From assembly GCF_006345805.1 (NCBI RefSeq), contig NW_021834688.1, positions 1-43,295 of the forward strand: a DNA stretch of 43,295 nucleotides. Direction: 5' to 3'. The notes under the pieces were generated by a model. The model was given only the letters and a program-made list of their open reading frames with translations, was not told where the DNA came from and did no database searches. This DNA is from Octopus sinensis (taxonomy: Eukaryota). Numbering within the stretch: position 1 is the first letter of the stretch; each line of letters begins with the position of its first letter. Shown one piece after another: positions 35,843-43,295 of this stretch. Position numbers and translations under genes: made by a program.

Positions 35843-37061
35843 TTTCGTGACTAGATTTATTTAAAATCTTAAAACAATATTGAATGGTTTCAGTAGATAT
35901 GTCACCCCAACCCATATTAACAAACAAAATTGCATCTTTTAATGTCAATTTTTTGTATTAATTGTATACATAAATATTTTCAGTCTCCAGCAAATCAGTT
36001 AAGAACTGTAGCTTTCTTCTCATGAAATGAGTCTTGAAGGTTTTTATAATTCCAATATCCATTGGTTGTAGTAATCCAGTAGAATTTTTGGGAAAAAATA
36101 AAATCTTAATACAATCCAAGTTTTTAAGAATAGAATGTGCAGGACAGTGGTCTATTAGCAATAAAATTACCTTCTTTTCAATTTTAAGCTGGAGATCAAA
36201 GCTAATAATCCAATCAACAAAAATAGATCCAGTCATCCAAGCTTTCTGCAAGCTATAATATGAGACAAGACATCCATAGTCAAAATTTCTAAAACATCTA
36301 GGCATTTTCGGTTTTCCGATCATCACAGGTTTCAATTTATGACTTACGGTCATGTTTGAACAAAGCATAATAGACAGGCGGTCTTCAAAATTTTTGTATC
36401 CTTAAAATCAGTTTCTGCATACGCTTTTCGATGAAATAAGCTTGTAATATAATGCAGTTTTATCCAAATTATAAATTAGATCAGGCTTATACGATTTAGA
36501 AATTTCTTTGAATTCTTCACGAAAGGAATTAATGTCAACTTCTCTATCAGTTCGCATCTCTCCATGTAATTTTAGCATTCTAAAACCGTGTCTCTTTTTG
36601 AATTTTGCCAAAAATCCATTAGAATTTTTAAAGTTACTAAGTTGTAACTCTTTGGCAAAATGCGCAGCCTTACACGATATTAAGGAATCATTCAAAAAAC
36701 CACCTAGAAATTAGTTTTCAATTAATACCTTTAGACTCTATTGTATCCATTCATTCGATCAATTTTTCGTCAAGCGTAGGAAATTTTGGTTTGTAAGCAG
36801 CTTTAAACGAATTTTGATAGATTTTCGGATCCCGTAAAATAAAGTCTTTATTAAGCAGTAGATTATTGATCGTCTTTCTCGAGATCGTCTGCGGAATAAA
36901 TGTGAGAATCTGTAAGCCATAAGCTGACACAAAACACTGTCGTTTTCTTCCCTGTAGTTTATAATTTCTGTTTTTTCAAGAAAAGTGAACCGAGTATAAC
37001 GTCCACGAGAAATTTTATAAGACATGTGATTTAAAATTGGCCAATTTGCAAGGGTTCACTG
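35843..37061 (-). mobile_element. Duplicate of decayed pogo copy
   Basis: Same ORF translations as 12670-13888. Confidence 0.92.
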
Positions 37062-37188
37062 TATATTTTTAATAATTAATAAAAGTGCAGGATTTTATTT
37101 TGAATTATAAAGTTGTGGTGGTATATTGGACTCATTGATATTGATCCCGGAGAGTTCGAGTAGATCGATAAGAATATCCGACTCGTGC

Positions 37189-39268
37189 TGGCCATCACCA
37201 AACTAATGAACAGGATGCTATCAGGGACACTGCCTGAAACAATTCGACATGTAATGTTCTCTGCCAAGCTAATCGCATTCGACAAGAAGGGAGGGGGAGT
37301 ACGCCCTATTGCTGTTGGACTGGTCTTTCGTCGTTTGGCCTCAAAGCTTGTTTGCAGAGCAATCCTGCCTACGTTGATAACACAATTACAACCAGCCCAA
37401 ATTGGGGTCGGTTCACCGGGGGGTTGTGAAGCGGCAGTTCATGCTGTCCGAACATTCACTGAAAAGAACGAGGACACTCCTTTTGTAATCGTCAAAATCG
37501 ACATTAAAAACGCCTTCAACTCGATACGACGTGACACAATTCTGGAGGATTGCCTCACACATTACCCATCAGTGTACAGCTATATTAATAGTATTCATAG
37601 CTCTTATCGAAAACCATCGAGTTTGGTGCACGGCCAATATCACATCCCATTGTGTTCTGGAGTCCAACAAGGAGACCCATTGGGCCCTGCCTTGTTTAGC
37701 CTGGGAATTGCCCGTGTCACCAAATATTGTTCGACTCCTCTGAGGGTATGGTATTTGGATGATTGCACAATGGGCGGCCAGCCGAAGGATGTGCTAGATT
37801 GCCTAAAAAGTCTGATAGCCCAATTGGAATCCCTATGCGTAACCCTGAACACAATTAAGTGCGAAGTAACCAATTTTGGATTTTCGCAGCCTAAATGGGA
37901 CCTGATTCTTGAAACATTCAGAGAGATCATCCCTAAAGCCACAGAAACCAAACCAGAACAACTAGAAATACTTGGATGCCCTCTCACTGATGCAGGAATC
38001 AGTAACACTTTAATAACAAAAGAACATCAACTAAAAACAACTTTCAGACCTTTGGAGTTGCTAGACGCACATACCTCCCTATTCCTGCTAAAAAACGCCT
38101 TGTCAGCACAGAAACTAAATTACGTTCTTCGGGGTGCACCCTGCTACCTGGAAACGCAACAGCTCGACAATATCGATTGTCTCTTTCGGACCACAATTGA
38201 ACGCATTACGAATGTGAAATTCGACGACCAAGGGTGGGACCAAGCGACCCTACCCGTTAACCTGGGCGGACTGGGAATCCCTTCTCCGAATGATCTGGCT
38301 CGCCCCGCATATCTATCCTCTTTGGACTTCAGCCAACTGCTGATCAGGATGATTCTCCAACTCCAAACTGAATCATCTGAAATCACAGAGATGGAGCATT
38401 CGAGAGGGATGATGCCTGAGCAGAAAAATCGTTACAAGACCATCTGCGAGGATAAATACGAGAGGCTTCTGAACCAGTCAAACCAACACAGACGTGCCTG
38501 TCTAGTGACTGGAAGATGCGAATCAAGTGGTGCTTGGATCAATGCACTCCCCGTTGATAGTGTCGGAACTCACCTTGACGACGATACTGTCCGCATTGGC
38601 ATCAGCACCAGACTTGCACTGGAGATTTGCCGGACTCACAAATGCCGGTGTGGGGCCACCGTCGATTGTTATGGACACCATGCTCTCTCTTATCGAAGAA
38701 GTGCAGGACGATTTCCAAGACACAAGCGATCAACGAAATTGTCAAGCGAGCCCTGGAGTCTGCAGGATACCCAGCCGTATTTGAACCGGTCGGGCTTGAT
38801 CGAGGAGATGGAAAACGTCCTGATGGGATCACAATTTTCCCATTTGAAGAGGGGAAACCTCTAGTCTGGGACGCAACCTGTGTGGACACCCTCTGCCCGT
38901 CCAACATTGCCGGGAGCGCAGTGGACAGACTGTATGCCGCGGAAAAAACGATGAGGGCGAAGGAGAGAAAATATGAAGCGCTACGAGATCAATTCGTGTT
39001 CTGTCCGATTGTGGTCGAGACAACTGGAGGAATAAGTGGGAAATCGCTTCGCTTCCTAAAGAAGCTTGGACGCTTAGCCACATTAAAAAGTTACGACACA
39101 CGTGAGACCCGGTGGCTTCTCCAGTTGATCTCCGTTGCTATCGTGAGAGGCAACAATCAATATCAATACAGCCGTTCCGCGAGATCGCAACTTAATGTGA
39201 AATCTCGCACTGGCCAGCCACATAAGATCAAGATAGAAAAAGAGAACATGTTATTAGGAACTAACTAA
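37189..39268 (+). mobile_element. Duplicate of CRE-clade retrotransposon
   Basis: Same ORF translations as 14016-16095. Confidence 0.85.
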
Positions 39269-39993
39269 TCCAAACGAACGAATCCAAACGAACTGTCCCC
39301 CGCATCTATTTTTCTCTCGTGCTGTGGCTGATGTAGACATCCGGTTCCTCAGTGAAATCACTGATGACGGCGTCACTCGTCAATCCAGAGTGCATGTAAT
39401 ATGCATGGAACCTTCGGCCGGAATGATAGCAGTGAGATTCGAACCCAGAGCTTCGCGAAACTGCCAAATTCTTCAAGCACTGAGAGGCAACGCAACGTCA
39501 ATTATTTTGGCAAGGTCCACTTCGGACAGATGGCTTTATTAGCTAATTAGTTTCTTTTTTAGCTGTTTTTGTTAATATATATCCGACGAATTCTTAAGAA
39601 CAGTTTTGAAGATAACATTTGGAGTTTGTAATTGACAAATGATTAGTAAAAGACAGTTAGAAAAAAAGAAAGTTTGTTTAAAACTACGCAGTTTAGGACG
39701 CCCTCCCAGCCTCACGGATTGCGAAACAGTTGCCGCGGATTACGGCAATGAGAGGCGTTGAAGAAGCCAAAAAGACTCTCTCGAGTCGTCCGTTTTTTTG
39801 GCGATTCTTCTCCCCAAACCACGTAGGAAACAAAGCGACTTGGGGGCAAAGACCCCAGAGGTCTCAACGGCGATGGGCGTGAAAACAAAACGGTTGACAG
39901 TTTACATTTTAAGTTTGCGGTTGACATTTTAAGTTTGTAATTGTAAATTTGAAGTTCATAATAGACAAATTGACTTGAAAATGGTATAGTAGC

Positions 39994-40408
39994 TCGATTG
40001 AGTGGGACTTTTGTATATTGGATGAAATTCATATGGAATAGATTTCCCATGTTTTGAATCTTTTAAAGTCTAAGAATATGCCTATATTCACTGGGACACC
40101 AGTTCTGAAAAATTTGGGAGATATTTGAGCCTGGTTTGACTTTCTTATGCCTGGGTTCCTTGGTACTGAGGGAGCCTTTAACCGACATTTTGTCAAGACT
40201 GTCAGAAATCAGACTGACCCCATGTTGCTCCAGCCATCAGAGGGACTGATTGACTTACAGAGTTTGCACAAGTTGGTCCTACTCTTCATTCTGTGGAGGA
40301 TGAAAGAGGATGTCTTAAATGACTTCCTTCCAAGACAATCCAGGACTACCAATGCCATATGAGTCCACTTCAAACAGTTCTCTACAACTCCCTCTCACTA
40401 AAAGTAGG
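39994..40408 (+). pseudogene. BTAF1: Duplicate of BTAF1/Mot1-like fragment
   Basis: Same sequence as 16821-17235. Confidence 0.85.
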
Positions 40409-40704
40409 GCCGTAATGTTTGTTTATATTACGCCTCAACTTTCCGCAATTAAAAGGGAAGATAGTCAAGATCAGTATCCCAGGTAAATTAAATACATGTG
40501 TGGACTTGATCATACGTTGACACAAACTGTTCAAGCCCAACTCCTAAACCAGTCTCTAAAACAACCACCGGAAAAATAGGGTTCAACAGTTCCGGAACTG
40601 CAACTCGACCGATTTAACACAAAGACATATCCATTTTTAAAAACTAAAATGGGCCATCGAAAGTGTACTCTAATCTAACACTAAGAAATTTTATTTACTC
40701 AAAT

Positions 40705-43295
40705 TCACAAATTACTGAATTTAGTCTCCGTCACCACTTTTATAATTTTCCTTACGTCAGAAATATCCTCTATAACGTATGAAGGAACAAGTCTTCTGGC
40801 CAATCCAAGGACGGTCCTCACTCTTTTAAACCTCTCGAAATAATTAGTCTCATTCAATGGCCACTCTTTGATTGTACTCATAAGTAAGAGGTAGCATTTT
40901 TCTTCGGAATACTCCTCTATCTCCTGAATTAGCGCATCATGGTAGTACTCCTCTGCAACCTCCACCAATTCTCTTCGATCGTAATCATTCAAGTATTTCC
41001 TAGAGAATCAAAAACCCTAAATAACTTGGAATTCTTAGGCGTGGGGGAGAGTCTGGAATAAATGCCAAACAATTCTTCTGCACTCCCCAACTCGAAAAGA
41101 ACGTCTAATAGCAGTCTAACTCCCCTAGAACAATAGAACTAACCATTACTTGCGTAGATATATGTGGAACTTGCCTCGTTCCACATTATCAGAGTCAATC
41201 ATCCACACATTCTATCATTAAGGTCTAGTCATTACTGCAAATAAATTTTCCTTCGTGTTCTTAGAAAACATGGCAGCCACAGGAACATAGAACTGGTCCG
41301 ACTTTGTGATGGGACCAAGCAATATCTGCCTTGCCAATCTCACATTCTATATTCACATACGTTTACTGACCTTATGCCGTGTACAAGTGGAATAGTAAAA
41401 GTGGGCTAATCGATAAGCCGATTTGTAGTGATACTGCTGTCTTCGGGTGCAGAGAACTAATCCACTCAGACACATGCTAATTATTCGATCAGTTTGAGTA
41501 CCACCCCTTTATCAACATTGCCAAAAGTCTTACTGAGAAGTTACTGACTGTAAGGTCGAGTGGTTGGACTGACTGTCTGTAAATCCAACAGAACTACCAT
41601 CGTGACTCTTTGATTTCTTTTTACTAAAATAATTTATTAAATGAGTCACGTTTTGAATTCCTGTTTAGTAACAAATGGGGAAGATTTTAAATCAAACAGG
41701 TATGACTCGACGTGATCGGAACAGTCTCCCAGTCTATCCAACCGCTTAATGACTGCCACATTCTGTCGGTAGTAAACCTAAAGTCCACAAAAATAATGTA
41801 ACCTCCAACGCCTCAACAGCCCGAGATTTTGGTTGGTATCCATACAATATCTTTGGGGGATATTTTGCCCCTGCTCGATACAATGCATCTGCTGCTCTGG
41901 AGTACAAAAGGAGTATATTCTTCAAATTTACATTTTCCGATTTTTCTAGAATTTTGGCAAACATGAAGAATGGGAGCCAATTGTCAGCGTCTCCACTTTG
42001 AAAAGAAATATTATTGACGGCCATCTTAAAATACTTGTGTGAAATATTCAGAGCAGTTTGACTTAAACATGTGTAGTAATGATCGTGTCCCTATAACTTT
42101 TCAACAAAATAATACTCGAAATGCGAATTGAGTAAGGAATATGTACAATTTATACTCAAAAAAAGCATATTCCACCCAAAGACTTGGAGTTGTCTCGGGC
42201 ATGGAAAAGACATGCACAAAATACTTTCTTACTCTCGTGACCTGTGCTAGTGGATATTCTTTGCACTTAGCTGTGAACTATAAAGTTTAACATACAGAGA
42301 GGAGACTGTATTGAGGAGAGGAACTAGTTTGGTAGCCTCACTGGATGCTAAACCCACATAGGAATCGAATCTTGTAGGATTAAGTGCCAAATCAGCAGCC
42401 CACATGGACAACCCATTATTAAGAGTGTCCTTGAATCGTATCAGAGCAAGGAAGTAATAAATATCCCTCATTGAACTGCCCATAGACCCCAAGAATACCT
42501 CTGTTCCTCTGACAAGTCCAAATTGGGAATGGGATTGGAAGGATCTCCCAGGAGTGAACGAACGTTATGAATCAACATTGTCTGGGGAAAGAGAAACTCT
42601 GCCAGCATCCGAATGACGGGTCTAATTTGATTAGTCCAAACATTACTCAACACTAGTGTCCTTAGCTGATGGTTTATAATCATGTAAAGAAGGGACAGGG
42701 AAGAATATATATAGCTCGTATATATCCCGAGCAGTTCTTTCGTTTAAACTAGTCTAACATATTATTGGGAGGAAACAATTTGGGTGTTGTGGTCCTTTAC
42801 ACTTTTACACTTTCGTATGTCCAAAAGTCCGTACAGACAGTGGAGTACTTGCAACGCCTCATTCCCACATATTTCGGACAGTTTGTGAACTTTCCACTTA
42901 AATAGACGAGCGTATATCCCCAGAAAGTACTCCATCAATTGCCCTTTTTCCATCATACAGTCTCCACTTTTGTGCAGTTCGTTATGGACAAGTTTCATGG
43001 CTGCAATTATTGGGGGATTGCACGGGAATGTGACTGAACATAGACTGCGAGATTATTCACTATACTCACGAATATATAAACTCCAGCAAAAATATGACAG
43101 GGGGGAGGATTCCGTGCTTTATCCACATTGGCGCACCTGATTTGTCTTGCAGTGAGAGGAAGATGAGGAGATGGGCTACCAACTCGAGTGGACTATCTTC
43201 CTTCATGAGCACATTACTATTTTTCCACAAACAGACATTACTTTTTAACGAAGATACACTGGAAAAACGAATGCCATTTTTCCATTGGTGGTTTC
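40705..43295 (-). CDS. CABIN1: CABIN1/HIR3 homologue (HIRA histone chaperone complex), 3' part; 5' part lies beyond the window
   Basis: Spliced translation contains LHCLYG, DLALNPTRFDSYVGLA, SLWVEY, WLPFFMFAK, AKYPPKI...AVEALEVYYR, HYKSAYRLA, ARQILLG, TPKNSKKYLNDYDR, colinear with recalled animal CABIN1 motifs. Introns: 43045-43069, 42754-42776, 42622-42646, 42476-42498, 42278-42306 (less certain), 42091-42115, 41778-41802, 41624-41649, 41507-41533, 41347-41370, 41212-41235, 41125-41149, 41000-41025. The exact stop is uncertain. Confidence 0.9.

Larger units (their letters stand above)
28004..41260. repeat. Segmental duplication copy B (no pogo in R4; continuous with full CABIN1)
   Basis: Repeats all copy-A features at +23173, including those listed separately plus relics at ~29486-29608, 29702-30293, 30296-31213, 33053-33593, 33873-35123 and 39693-39896. 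Confidence 0.97.

Noticed and set aside
1-43295. Prokaryotic origin or operon interpretation of the window
   Set aside because: Spliceosomal introns, non-LTR retrotransposons, CABIN1 and BTAF1 indicate eukaryotic nuclear DNA. The many short antisense and TTG/GTG-start ORFs are artefacts of the ORF caller.

Overview
This is eukaryotic, AT-rich nuclear DNA, not prokaryotic. It is mostly nested transposable-element debris: hAT/Buster, pogo/Tigger, Tc1, IS630-like, R4/Dong-like, CRE-like, RTE-like, L2/CR1-like and Jockey/I-like LINEs. A 75-bp satellite array (26125-28004) separates two near-identical copies of a ~13-kb segment (A 3111-18087, B 28004-41260). The host gene at the right end is a CABIN1/HIR3 homologue cut by at least 13 GT-AG introns of only 23-29 nt, which suggests a mini-intron animal such as a dicyemid (inference). 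Main findings: (1) Both the pogo and the hAT transposase genes carry 25-31 nt spliceosomal introns. Splicing the pogo intron gives an uninterrupted 509-aa DD30D transposase in a copy with perfect TIRs that is absent from the sister duplicate. (2) There is a decayed bacterial OppF-like ABC ATPase fragment. (3) Copy A holds an internally deleted CABIN1 paralog. (4) There is a BTAF1/Mot1 pseudogene fragment. (5) The satellite is palindrome-bearing and has an 11-monomer higher-order repeat. All protein family calls rest on motifs recognised by eye and from memory and need database confirmation. Boundaries of decayed fragments are approximate.
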